Assembly: GCA_043228905.1 (NCBI GenBank)
Contig: JBHGNT010000006.1
Location: 9,114,001 to 9,178,000 of the forward strand
From: Azolla caroliniana
Lineage: Eukaryota; Plantae; Polypodiophyta
Direction: 5' to 3'
DNA: 64,000 nucleotides
The notes below the pieces were generated by a model. It worked only from the letters and a program-made list of their open reading frames with translations. It was not told the origin of the DNA and did not search any database. Positions 39,677-51,996 of this stretch are shown here, one piece after another. Every line of letters starts with the position of its first letter. Positions within the stretch are counted from its first letter, which is position 1. The position numbers and the translations under genes were made by a program.

Positions 39677-40019
39677 GTGTATATGTATGTGTATGTGTGT
39701 ATATGTATATGTAAACGAATGGTTTTATAATATTCGTAGGGCCATTTTCTATTCTAGAATATCACGAATATTACAGATGTCGAATACCACGAATATCAAG
39801 CATGGGTCAATCTATCAGCAATGAGCATAATAAGTATGTACATAGATACATCATATAGACTATCTAGATTCTATATATATCCACAGTATTGTTTTGTCTT
39901 TTATAGAAAACAAGATCATATTTCCTCTGTCTACAGACAGATAAACTTTTCTTCACTTTCCTCATCCTTCTCCTCTTCTTCCTCTTCCTCTTCCGAGCGC
40001 GGCTTACAAGGAACGCGAC

Positions 40020-43000
40020 ATGGCTCTTGTTTTTAAGGTACTTCTCCTGTTTATTCTATTCCCTCATCACACAGTTTCTTGTTACCCCCCCCCCCCCCCA
40101 CCGACAAATTTTCGAGAAGATCCCACAACTATACTGATGCTTCTATAAACCGAGCATTGAATATTTGAAATTATGGCCAAAATATTCACGTATATGTAAT
40201 CTGTGGATGGATTTCAACCTTAGCTTTCAATGTCGTTTCACCCAAACTGTATATATGTATGCTGCTCTACCCCTCTGGCGGAAACTCAAAAGAACAGGCC
40301 ATCCATTGGTGACGGAGGTGGGTCAATACCTAATGGCTTGTCTAAGCTACAAACCTCTATACAACAATATACCACTCAGTGAAGGCACTCTAGAATGGAA
40401 AATAAGAATGCCTTATGTTGCATACTCTATTTGTTTGGTTTAGGTATTAACAAACTAGAAAATTTCATTCAAGAGAGATAGTGTGAACATAGTGGCCTAA
40501 CAGTCAACTTGATTAAGCTCAAAGTTGCTGCCAAATCTGAAATTCAGCTGTCATTATTATAAAGATGTCAAATACCTTGGAATTGACAAATCTAGTTCAC
40601 ATACTTAGATCATGTGTTAAAAAGGAGAACGAAATCCAATTCAACTCATACTATAAATTTGAGATCATGTGCCACTTGGAGCACACCACTAAGATGGGAT
40701 TAGAGCAGTAATATTCAGTGCATATGTGGTATAAAATTTGCTCTATGGTACCATGATTTGGAGATGTGTTATGCCAATGAGATCATGGAATGAACTAAAG
40801 AATTAGAAAGAAATATCACATAATTGCTTCTAAAAGTGGCAAAAAGGGTAATTGAGTTTTATGCCCTTCAAAGAGTTTATAAGTACATATTGAAAGTAAA
40901 CACAATGTTTTGAAATCGCCTCTCCCAGGTTGCACAGGAAATCGAATGCTTACTAGAAGTTTTATTTAATTGGGTTCAAGACATTCAAAAATGCAAAAGA
41001 AAGGGACATGAGAATAGGAGGCTATGTTACTCATTCATGTTGGAAAGCCTCCACACAAAATAGAGAACAACCCAACATAGATCTAACTAATGTAGGCACA
41101 ATGATATTTGGAACAACTCCACACAAAATGAGTACTATTGCAGACACAATAATATTTGGACGATTACTGAGGGCAGTTGGCAATGCCCAAGTTAAGTTCA
41201 CATTAAGACATGCCATGAATGAAAGAGATAGATAGATAGATAGATAGATTATATTATCATCTTCGGAGGTCAAATAGAGAGAAAGAGAGAGAGAGAGAGA
41301 GCCCGGATGGATGTAGCTTAGTTGGTAAGGTTGCCCAATGGAGACCAGGAGGTCATGGGTTCAACCCCTACATTCCATAGTGGCATCTAGTAAATTAAGA
41401 GGATATGTAGAGAGGTGAGGAAATTGGGTCTTGAACCCAAGACCTAGGGCTAGTAGTGTAACAACTTACCACTAGGGTAAGGTAATTAAGAGAAAGAAAG
41501 AAAGAAAGATATATTAACGTCTTTTAAGAGGCCAAAATGGCCTATAAGACCAAATAAGAGATTACATCTTAAGTGTTGTCTCGTCTTTAAGAACAAATCA
41601 AAATAAAATAAATATTACACAATAAATATAAAAGTAAATAACATGAAAAGAAAAGAAATGAGGGAATTTGGTTTTTGGCACATGTGAGATCCTCAAGTTA
41701 GGTATATTGTAGCTTTTGTCTTCGAAAGATCTCTAGCATAGGTCGATCCAGAATGGAAATGTCTCCGAAGCAAGGGAAGCACCTACGATGGTGGGAGATA
41801 ATGGCTTTTATCTGTCGATGGCAAGGGTGTCGAGGTCGTGGTCCATGGGGCGGGGCCTACATGCACGATAAATTGCTATTGCCCGATCAATGGTAACCCC
41901 TTTGTTATGTCTTGGTTTGGTGTCCATTTGTGTATCCTGTGATTGACTTGTAGCATTAGGAGTGATGGGGCTAAAGAAAGTTGTGATTGTTCTTTGTGGA
42001 TGAGCTTGTGTGGCTATATTCTTCAACAACTTTTCCCGATGTCTCTTGAGCTCTAGCAAGAAAATTCCTAGGCATTTTTGGTCCTCATATTCCCTTACCT
42101 TGCGTAGTGGGCCAAAGCCTTGTTTAAAGAGACAATGGTATCTCCCTTTGATTTCATAAAAGACACTACAATGACAAACATAGTGTTCTTTAGATTCCAC
42201 TCCTTGATGACACAATTGGCAAATTCTCTCTTCTAGAGGTAGTCGTGTATATCTGTCTACCTCAATCTGTAATTGATGTGATGAAGTTCGTAGCTGCCCT
42301 ATCACACTACGCAACGCATAGGATAGATGTATGTCCATATAAGGTGGCCTGATGATGAATCCATCCTCCAATGTGTGTAAGAAGTGTGTCTTATAGTGGG
42401 CCATCTTTGTACCAAGTGGTATTTTGGGGTTGATCCATGCGATCTTGTTTTCCCAGTTAATAATATCAATTCGGATCACTCTATTCTTTTCCACTTTGGT
42501 CATATTTAGATGGGGATAGTCCAAGCTATATTGGAACGGGGGTAGTGCATTTATACTCATGCCATGTGACTCGAACCATTGTTGCATTTCAACATACTAA
42601 CAATGAGTGTCTCCATTTTCAGCCAGTTGTCTTGATGACATAAGTGCCAACCTTGGGTACCTTCGTTTAGGGAGCTCCCAAAGACATTGGATAAATGTCA
42701 CTGATCGGAACAATGCCTCGGTTATTATAGGTGCTGCTCCCATCTCTGCCCGGATTGTATCGTGAGGCACTGATGCTTTGCTCCTTATCATGCGAGCAAT
42801 CATTGACACTAAAGGTTTCTCTAAATCTTTCCAATGATTTTCCTTGTTAAGACTCGGTCCCCATGTTTCTACTCCATAGAGAAGAGTTGGTGTGACAAGT
42901 GTATCAAATAACCACAACTTAGTTCGTGGCTCTTGGAACTGCAAATTTGCACATTGTCTCTTGAGAGCACCAAAGGCTGCATATCCACGAGAAAGTCGGG

Positions 43001-46000
43001 CACAAGCAGCCTCCTATAAGGAGAACCTAGGCCTTGTAAATGTTACTCCTAGGTATGTGTAGGAGCATGTGTATTCCACCTTTTCCTCTCCCAAGAAGAA
43101 TTCTGGTTCTGATCTTGTTACCCATGGGCCATGCTTGAGTGGTGTTAAACACCATCACTTTAGTTTTACCCATGTTGATTGTCAAAGCTTTGTCCGTACA
43201 AAATAGTTTTAAGGCATTTAGATGTCTTTGTAGTCCCTCCAGAGAGTCAGAAATCAGCACCATATCATCAACATATAGTAATATTTGTATAGCTATTCCT
43301 GCTAGGCATGCTCCCGAACCCCCAAATCTCTCTATATAATGTGATACCTCATCTATATAAGACCAAAAAAGAGATAACATCTTGAAATGTTCTCTTGTCA
43401 TTGAGAACAACAAACCAAAATAAACATGAACAACAAACCAAAATAAACATGACTAAGTAAAAAGTAAATACAAATAGAATAAGACGTGATTAAAGGATCT
43501 CATCTTCTATACATTAAGATTCTCAAGTGAGATATATTGTAATTTTTTTCTTCAAAATATCTCTTGTATAGGTCGTTCCAGAATGGAGTGGTCTCCGAAG
43601 GGGCAAATAACGGTCTTTAACTGTAGGTGACAAGGGTGGTGAGATCTGTTAGGAATATTGAGAATCGATTAGATAGGTATATAGAGTTACAACCACAAAG
43701 ATGGATATATGAAAACAAAACTTCTATTACATATGAGAGTATCTCACAATGGTAGTTCACCCATGCGGTCACACCTTAGAGCTTAGATGGGATCTGGACT
43801 AGCTCACTACAGAATTAGTGGGGACTGATGATCAATACACCACTGTGTAAGAGAGTGGATTATATTCTCTGTTTGGTCTGAGTGTAACATTAAATGTGCA
43901 TGTCAGTTGATAGTAGTGGAGATATTCCTTTTCTGTTAACTAACTTGTCATTTAATATGACCCAACTCCCTAGATATAGGCTAGTGCTAGATAGTACTTA
44001 TCTTGAAGTCAATGGCACATTACTTCAAGACTAAGTATATTGTAACTTGGCCACAAAATATTCTGGTTGACTTGATTAGCCAATCCTATTACCTATTTCG
44101 CTCTTTCCTAAATCCATTGTGTCCTACGCATCTACGGTTTCCTAGATTAACACCTTATCGACCCATATGGTCGAGTTGCACACTAGCCGTTCCTCATTTG
44201 GGGCGCTATCACAAAATGTGCACTCTAAGAGCACATATGGGGATAGATTTACAACTTGGGGCTGATCATTGATTATATCTAACAGGGTCGTTGTCCATGC
44301 ATGAGGTTGGGGCCTACATGCATGACAAACTCCTATTGTGCGATCTATTATATCCCCTTTACAATCACCTAGTTTGGAGCCTATTTGTGTAGCCCTTGAT
44401 TGACTTGTAGCATGAGTAGGAGTAATGGGGCTAAAGAAAGTAGTGATTGTTCTTTGTTGGTGAGCTTGTATAGTTGCTGGATTGTTGTCCTTTAATAACT
44501 TCTCCTTGTGTCTCTTGAATTCTAGCAAGAAAAGCCCTACGCAACATTGGTCCTCACATTCCGTTACCTTGCATAGTGGGCCAAAACCTTGGTTAAAGAG
44601 GCATTAGTACCTCCCTCTTGTTTCATATAAAACTATACCATGACAAACATAATGTTCTTCAGATTCCACTCCTTGATAACATAATTTGCAAATTCTTTCT
44701 TTAATAGGTATTCGTGCATATCTGACTACCTCAATCTCTAATTGATGTGAAGAAGCTTACGACTGTCCTATTATATTGTGTAGTGCATGCGATTCTAAGA
44801 AGTCGAATTGGAGGACTTTTTTGAAACTTAAGCATGTATTTCACAACCCTTTCCATGACCAGATCTCAATGGGAAGTAATCCAATCTCAAGTAGGAGCAT
44901 GTATGCATTTATTTCTTGACTTGAGAAACTTTCTCCGAAAATGCTTTTGGACATTTTCAAAGTATTTTCAAGTGGGCTTAGGGATGTTACTGCCCCATAC
45001 TTCCACCCCATAGAGAAGCATTAGTGTCACCAAAATGTCGAAAAGGTATTTCTTGAGGACTCAACATTTAATTTGTCCACCGTTGCATGTGTTATCAAAT
45101 GCATAATATGCTCTCTTTCCCACCTCTAAGCTCCCTTACCATTTTTTTCAGTTCATGCCCTTACCTTTGATTCCATTAGACATCCAAATAGTTTTTCCAA
45201 AAGTGAAGTAATCATGATAGTTTGATAATTGTTTACATTATTTACATTCACACCTTTATGTAAAGGTTTAATCCAATTTGCACTCCAATAATGTGACATG
45301 CCATGTTCCAATGCATGCTTAAACATATCACTTATCCATGGACACACTTCCTTTGTCATCCATTTGAGCATTTTGGCGTTTATGCATTGAATCTCTTGCC
45401 TTTCAAGAGGCCAATTTCTTAAGCCCTATGCATACATCTTCAATCATAAAGAAAGGAGGTATACGTGAAAGAGAAACATAACACATCATCTTCTCAAGAT
45501 TTGATTGCTTATATAAGCTCTTACAATGTATAGACAAGTCCATAAGAGTTAAGTCACCATAGCACTCAACATGTTTCCCCGATAGGTTTCTCCAAAATTT
45601 AGCACATGCATGTGCTTTCTCGTGTTAAGAGTAATAGTTAAGTAACTTCCCATATTCTTCTCATTCTTTGAATGTCGTTTATATTCATGCAAATAGTTGT
45701 CGCTCCACATTTTAAAGTAGTTTTAAGTTTTTCATGATCGCTTCATCAAGGACAGATGTATCAGAATTGTTTTGAAGGAAATTTCTCTTGTAGGTCTCAT
45801 TATTTTTACATATGATGTAATACTATCTGTATGTATATATCTGCAGCAACGGTCTACGAAATGTCTGCTATTTTCTGAAGGAATTGTACCATACTTACTG
45901 ACAATTTAAAGAATAATGGCTATTTTCTCGATTTTGTTTTTAGCTCTAATGAAATAACACCCAGTTGAATGTGGTATGGAGACATGCCACTTGATATCTT

Positions 46001-49000
46001 ACAGAGGATACAAATTCCTGAAATCCACCCTTTATAACTAATTTTTTCTGTTTTTTAAATGGCTTTGCAGATAAAGTTTAACGACACCCTTAGGAGATGG
46101 GTAATCTGTGAGGAGCTTAATTCCACAACATTCTCTCTCACTCTTACTGAAGTGGAAGCCAAGATCAGGGAGCTTTTCCAGATATCACCGAGTTCGTCTC
46201 TCATAATAACTTATGTTGACAAGGACAATGATGTTGTTACACTTGGGGATGATCAAGACCTTGTGGATGCCTGTATTGTGCAACATCTGAACCCTCTACG
46301 TTTGAACGTAAATGAAAAATCTAGCTCTGTGACCACCTCTGTTACTGCTAATACTAATAGGACCACTACTACTATTAATAATAATATTGGTAATACTAGC
46401 ACTGCTGCTAGAATGTCATCAGATCCTGGTATTCGAAACATTGAGGGTATATTGAAATCCGTATTCCCTCAAGCCACAACAGATGCTTTGCATAATTTTG
46501 TGAAGACACACAGTCAGTACTGTGATCCATTGCTTCCTACAGATACCCTTATTCAGAAAGGACAAGAAGCTTTCAAGCAATTCTTGAATGGATTGACCTC
46601 TCAGCAAAGAGCCCAGGATATGCCTGATTTATCTCAGAGTGCAGCTAAACCTACAGTGGGTCATACTGTGACCAACAAGCCACATTCAACATTTGTTGAC
46701 ACTCATGCACCTGGCCTAGCTAGCCTTGGGTCTCGAGGTGTGTTTCACCGTAGAGTGCAATGTGATGGATGTGGAATGTATCCAATTGAGGGTATCCGCT
46801 ACAAATCAACAAAGTAAGTATCATGCTTTCACTATTTTTCTTTCATAGAAGCCTTGAAAAATTGTTATCTTTTTTCGTTATGCTCTTAAACTTTTGTGAT
46901 TCTTTACAGGGTTCATAACTATGACTTGTGCTCAGGTTGCTACACTGTCCATGGAAATGATTCCGACTTCCAGAGACTCGAACATCCCATACATCCTGTA
47001 TATCGTCCTCCTTTCCTTAGGAGAGGGGTAAAAACTTCATCACTGTAGATGTCATTTGTCTTTGAAACTTAAAAAATGGTGCTATAACTTCAAATATTGC
47101 AAAATTATTATAGAAGCCAAACTGATGAGAAACATGATGTGTCGTCGGCATATTTTGCAGTTTGGATTACTTCGATAGAAACATCACTGCTGTAGATGTC
47201 ATTTCCATATTGTAGCTTGAAAAATGGTGGCTTTATAAATTATCATAGAGTGTCAGGACTCAAGAGAACATGGTGTAGTTTATGACATGTTGCAGTTTAG
47301 AGTCTGTCAATGACATTTCTTTAGTTGTAGCTTAAAAATGGTGGCATTAACTGTAGATGTCATTTCGGTTTAAAATGGTGGCCTTTAACTATGAATATTG
47401 CAAAAATTATTATAGAGAGTGAAACCTAATGAGAAGATGATGTGTAGTTTATGCGATATTGCAGTTCGGACTAGATCATCACTTTAGTGAGGACATTTCT
47501 GTCTTAGTAGCTCGAAAATGATGGCGTTAACTTTGGAATATTATGCAAATTATTATAGAGGCTAAACTCATGAGAACCATGATGTAGTTAATTTTGCAAA
47601 ACTTTGGAATTTTGACATCTAGAATTTTGGGAAGGCATAATAGAATGTCAATGTTACTGTGTTCTCTGTCTTGCTGTTGCTTTCCCTCATGCAGCTGAAA
47701 CATGTTGTGGGTCACTCAACTTGGAGAGGATCCTCTTCATGGGGTCCATATGGATTAAAATCAGAGTGCCCATTCAGTGGTCAAGAAATTGTTCATTCTG
47801 CTCCAAAAGAGCCACGAAAGAAGCTGGATTCTAGATTTGTGAAGGATGTTACCATTTTTGATGGAACAGAATTGTTGCCTCGTACAAAATTCACAAAGAT
47901 TTGGCGAATGAGGAATAGTGGTAATCTGCCGTGGCCTCAAGGTACTCAGCTAACACATATCGGAGGAGATACACTCAGTTCCATTGAGTCTGTTAACTTG
48001 GAGGTGAGTGAACCCATTAATCATCCTCAATATTTTCCCCCTCTTGTTTGTTCCTACTCTCCAATTTTCTTCCAAACGGTATAACTTGCTCCTGTTTGTT
48101 CCTATTCTCCAATTTTCTTCCAAACTGTACAACCTGATGATTTATGGCACAACAGCAATTATGCTCATGTTTTCCTTTGTGTGCTTCCCTTGAGATTTTC
48201 CTAACTTCATTATCTAACACATCCATATCTCTTGCAGCTGCCTGAAACAGGGCTTCAATGTGGTGAGGATATAGAGATTTCTGTGGATCTTGTGGCACCC
48301 GATAGAGCAGGTCGCTATGTTTCTCATTGGCGTTTAGTATCACCTTCAGGACAAAAGTTTGGACACAGAGTCTGGGTTCTAATTCTAGTCGTAGTCCATG
48401 GTGAGGAATCACCTCAGCGTGAGGAATCCCTGGAAGGGCACAAGAAGACAGTGGAAGTTGAACAATTAACTCTTGAGGTTCAAGATGTTTCATTAGATGA
48501 AATGGATATTGATCATAAAGGGAGAGAATCAGATAAAGTAAAAGCTAGCTCAAAAAATGCAATGCCAACAATCCCTATGCATGATGCAGATGAGGAAGCA
48601 CAACTTGAGATGGAGGTAGAGCTTGACGGTTTTTCATTGATTGAGAAGCCTGTTGAGAATATTTCAAAAGAAAATGGTGATGTTACTCCAGAAACTGTTG
48701 AAACAATCCTTCTCGAAAAGGGAAAAATGATTGCAGAAGAAAATTGTGAAGGGCAGCTAGAATTGCTAGAATCTATGGGTTTTATAAATAGGGATTTGAA
48801 CTGTTTGCTCTTGAATAAAAACAATGGTCACTTGCAAGACACACTTGATGATCTCTTGCTCTCTACTGGTTGGGATGGTGTTCTCAAAGATCTCAATGAA
48901 ATGGTACAGTTTTCAACTTACACCCTATTTACTAAATAATTTATAATTTTTTGTGGGCTACACCTACATATGATTACAGAATACTGTGAGATTTTTTATA

Positions 49001-49185
49001 ATTGAATACGGTAAGAGTTGTTAATTGCATTGTTCTTAAATTGTTAGGTAAATTTTGTGGGAATTATGTTTCAGGGTTTCATTGACCAGACCACGAATAT
49101 CTGCCTGTTGTTGGAAAATAAGGGAAGTATAAAGCAAGTTGTTAAAGATCTGGTGCGAATGGAGAAGGAAGGAGGCAGAGATTGA
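40020..49185 (+). CDS. NBR1: Selective autophagy receptor NBR1 (PB1-ZZ-FW-UBA-UBA)
   Basis: Exons 40020-40037 (MALVFK), 46071-46813, 46910-47027, 47695-48003, 48238-48903, 49075-49185 (TGA); all GT-AG and in phase. PB1 YVDKDNDVVTLGDDQDL; ZZ HRRVQCDGCGMYPIEGIRYKS...YDLCSGC; FW FVKDVTIFDGT...FTKIWRMRNSG...FGHRVWV; two UBA domains (ESMGF, EMGF) around WDGVL. Confidence 0.95.
41306..41387 (+). repeat. tRNA-derived unit (SINE-head-like, not a functional tRNA)
   Basis: A box TAGCTTAGTTGG, B box GGTTCAACCCC; poor anticodon stem; close copy at 57903-57984. Confidence 0.75.
41414..41483 (-). repeat. Second tRNA-derived unit, convergent with the first
   Basis: Minus strand reads CCCTAGTGGTAAG (A-like) ... 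GGGTTCAAGACCC (B-like). Confidence 0.55.
41490..43372 (-). mobile_element. 5'-truncated LINE (RTE-X-like) in NBR1 intron 1
   Basis: RT LLYVDDMVL...INMGKTKVMVF; C-terminal LRTSSHQLQIE...ICQLCHQGVESKEHYVCHC; 3' UTR ending in (TTTC)n. Confidence 0.9.
43373..45700 (-). mobile_element. Second decayed LINE copy (same 3' end family), split by a solo LTR
   Basis: 43373-43646 and 44285-44790 parallel the 3' part of the first copy; RT N-terminal remnant WIKPLHKG...NNYQTIMI at 45153-45371. Confidence 0.8.
43647..44284. mobile_element. Solo LTR inserted in a LINE
   Basis: TGTTAG...CTAACA termini; flanks AGATC / GGGTC, each one change from AGGTC at the same site of the uninterrupted LINE copy. Confidence 0.8.
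47035..47605 (+). repeat. Degenerate ~150-bp tandem repeats filling NBR1 intron 3
   Basis: Recurring TGTAGATGTCATTT, AAAATGGTGGC, GCAAAATTATTATAGA, ATGAGAA..ATGATGT and TTGCAGTT blocks, about four units. Confidence 0.75.
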
Positions 49186-49984
49186 AGAGAGGTATAAGGA
49201 GAATAACAAGAATCAAGAAACAGTGTGGTGAGAGAAGTATTAAAATGAAACGTTGACATACAATTTGTACATATTTCGGAACTTTTGGGTGGCCTGTTTA
49301 GGTTATATGCATTGTACATATTGAATATTATTGTTATTGCTTTAGACATGACAGTACATATTGAATATGATTATTGATACTTTAAACATGATTGATCTGA
49401 ATTTGTCTTAGTTTATGGTGATTAAATTTCTAAATTTGGAGAGCATGAACAAAATATGTTACTTGAGAGTATGTTAATGAAAACTTGGCTTATGTTTTTC
49501 CCTATTTTTGCATATAGAATACATAGACAACATCAGTTATCGTTTTGAGAGAGGAGTGCCACTTTGATCCAAAGAATGTCTATTTTATACCTATCCAAAG
49601 AATGTCGAGACTCAGCTTCAATGACAAGGGCAGAACAGAAATGGATGTTTCAAAATATTAAATCATCTCAAATGCCATAGGACCGAGGAAAAGGATGTCA
49701 CAAACATGCATATGTAATTAGGCACTAGAGGCTAGAGATGTGCTAGTTAGCATATAGAAGTGTGAACAGGGTTGTGGTTAGACCAAATAGACATTCATGG
49801 GATCTCCTTCAAGCTCGTTGTTAGACATAGATGCTCCTCTCTTTATGACAATCTAATCGTAAGGGATATGCAAGAAGAAAATGTGAAACTCAAAATCATT
49901 TTTGAACCATGGGAAATGCACATATACTTGTAGTAAGTTATTGGGCACATCCTCGTTGGGAATTCCTTGCCAAATATATGGGTT

Positions 49985-51197
49985 TCTCTTACCAAAGTGG
50001 AAAAGAATAGAGTGAATTGAATTGATATTATTAACTTGGAAAACAAGATAACATAGATCAGCCCCAAAAATATCACTTAGTACGAAGATGCCCCACTACA
50101 TGACACATTTTACACACATCGGAGGATGGATTCATCATTAGGCTACCTTATATTAGCTATACATCTATCCTATGCACTGCGCGGGCGGTAGTATGATAGG
50201 GCAGTTACGAACTTCATCACATAAGTTAAACATTGGGGTAGGTAGATACACACAAATACCTTTAGAAGAAAGAATTTGCCAATTGTGTCATCAAGAACAC
50301 ACTATTTTAGTCATTGTAGTGTCTTTTATGAAATAAGAGGGAGATACCATTGCCTCTTTAAAGAAGGCTTTGGCCCACTATAGGTAATGGAATAAGAGGA
50401 CCAATGTTGTCTAGGACTTTTCTTGCTAGAACTCAAGAGACATAGGGAAAAGTTGTTGAAGGACAATAGTATAACCACATAAGCTCATCCACAAAGAATA
50501 ATTACAACTTTCTTTAGCCCCATTGCGCAGAGGGAGATACCATTGCCTCTTTAAACAAGGCTTTGGCCCACTATAGGTAATGGAATAAGAGGACCAGTGT
50601 TGTCTAGGACTTTTCTTGCTAGAACTCAAGAGACACAGGGAAAAGTTGTTGAAGGACAATAGTATAACCACATAAGCTCATCCCCAATGAATAATTACAA
50701 CTTTCTTTAGCCCCATTACGCCTATTCATGCTACATGTCAATCAAGGGATACACAAATGGGCTCTTGAGTCTTGACTAGGACATAACAAAGGGGTGACAA
50801 TAGATCAGGCAATAGCAATTTGTCGTGCACGTAGGTCCTAGCCCCACAGACCACGATCTCAACACCCTTGTCATCAATTGATAAAGGAAATTATCTCCCG
50901 CCATCACTGGTGCTTCCCTCGCTTTGGAGATTTCTCCATTCTAGATCGACCTACACCAGAGATCTTTCGAAGAAGAAAGTTATAACATATCTAACTTGAG
51001 AATTTCAGATGTGTCAAAAACCAAATTCTCTAGTCTCTTTCTATCTTAATTACTTTTATATTTACTTACCAATTTTTATTTTATTTTGATTTGTTGTTCT
51101 CAAAGACGATAACACTTGCGATATAATCTCTTGTTTGGTCATCTAGGCCAATTCGGCCTCTTAAAAGACGTCAATATCTGTTTCTTTCTTTCTTTCT
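49985..51197 (+). mobile_element. 3' fragment of the same LINE family with an internal ~195-bp duplication
   Basis: Matches the reverse complement of 41490-42500; block starting AGAGGGAGATACCATTGCC occurs at ~50336 and ~50529; ends in (TTTC)n. Confidence 0.88.
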
Positions 51198-51996
51198 GAT
51201 ATCATTGTGGTCACTAAATTTTAAAACTTCATCAAGGGGATTGGCCGAATATGTTTTGGGAGTGATAGTGTGGATAATGACTTTGTTTCACCTTACCTTG
51301 GGATTGTAAAAAGGGTGTAAATTAGCACTGCAAATAGACATATGTGGAACAATGTCATCATACCAATTTTGTGAAATGCCTCTTGCCATTTCTCAACATC
51401 TTTAATTCAGGAGCCAAGCTAATTTCATCAATGATCTCTTGAAAGATAATTTGGAGGTCTCTCTTGTCCATATTGATCTTCAACAATCCTTTATTGATGT
51501 TTGTCTGCTGCAAATAGCTTCAAGTCCTCCATCTCTTCCAATTTTTTCTGCTTTTCAAGGGGTTGGAGTTGAAATCCCAACCTGTGGCTTACAAACCTAT
51601 GGCCAAATCCAGTATGGCGACTTCAAAGTAATTCCAATGTCATTTGTTGAGCATTCATAAAACTGTTGTACAAGTACAGCGTTGTAACTACACTGGAGGA
51701 GTTGATCAGGTTATAGATACACTAATATGTTCATAGAAGCTGGCCACACTCGGGAAGTGGCTAGAATTCCTGGAAAGGCATTCTCCCGTATTCAAGTCTC
51801 CTTTCTGGAAAAAAAACTGTGTGAAATGCGCATATATTAAATATACCACACAATATTAGACATTTGTGACTTCATCACATGAAATATTTATCAGGCTCCA
51901 CATTTGATGGATCCTAACAACCAAATCAATACCTCATGCTTGGGCATACATTTACAAGGCTTTGTTGCTTGGATCTGCATAAATTTCTGTTTGTCC

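Larger units (their letters stand above)
21449..39816. mobile_element. Putative non-autonomous hAT-like shell enclosing the nested TE stack
   Basis: Left end CATAGATTGAC...ATTCGTGG, right end CCACGAAT...GTCAATCTATC (inverted); CGAAT/ATTCG subterminal motifs as in the 63294 element; flanks AGCATAAG vs AGCAATGA match only partly. Confidence 0.5.

Noticed and set aside
41306-41387. Functional tRNA gene
   Set aside because: A and B boxes are present but the anticodon and acceptor stems pair poorly and no poly-T terminator follows.
46059-46070. ATG at 46059 as the main NBR1 start
   Set aside because: It sits in a polypyrimidine/CAG acceptor context and omits the conserved PB1 lysine supplied by the exon at 40020-40037.
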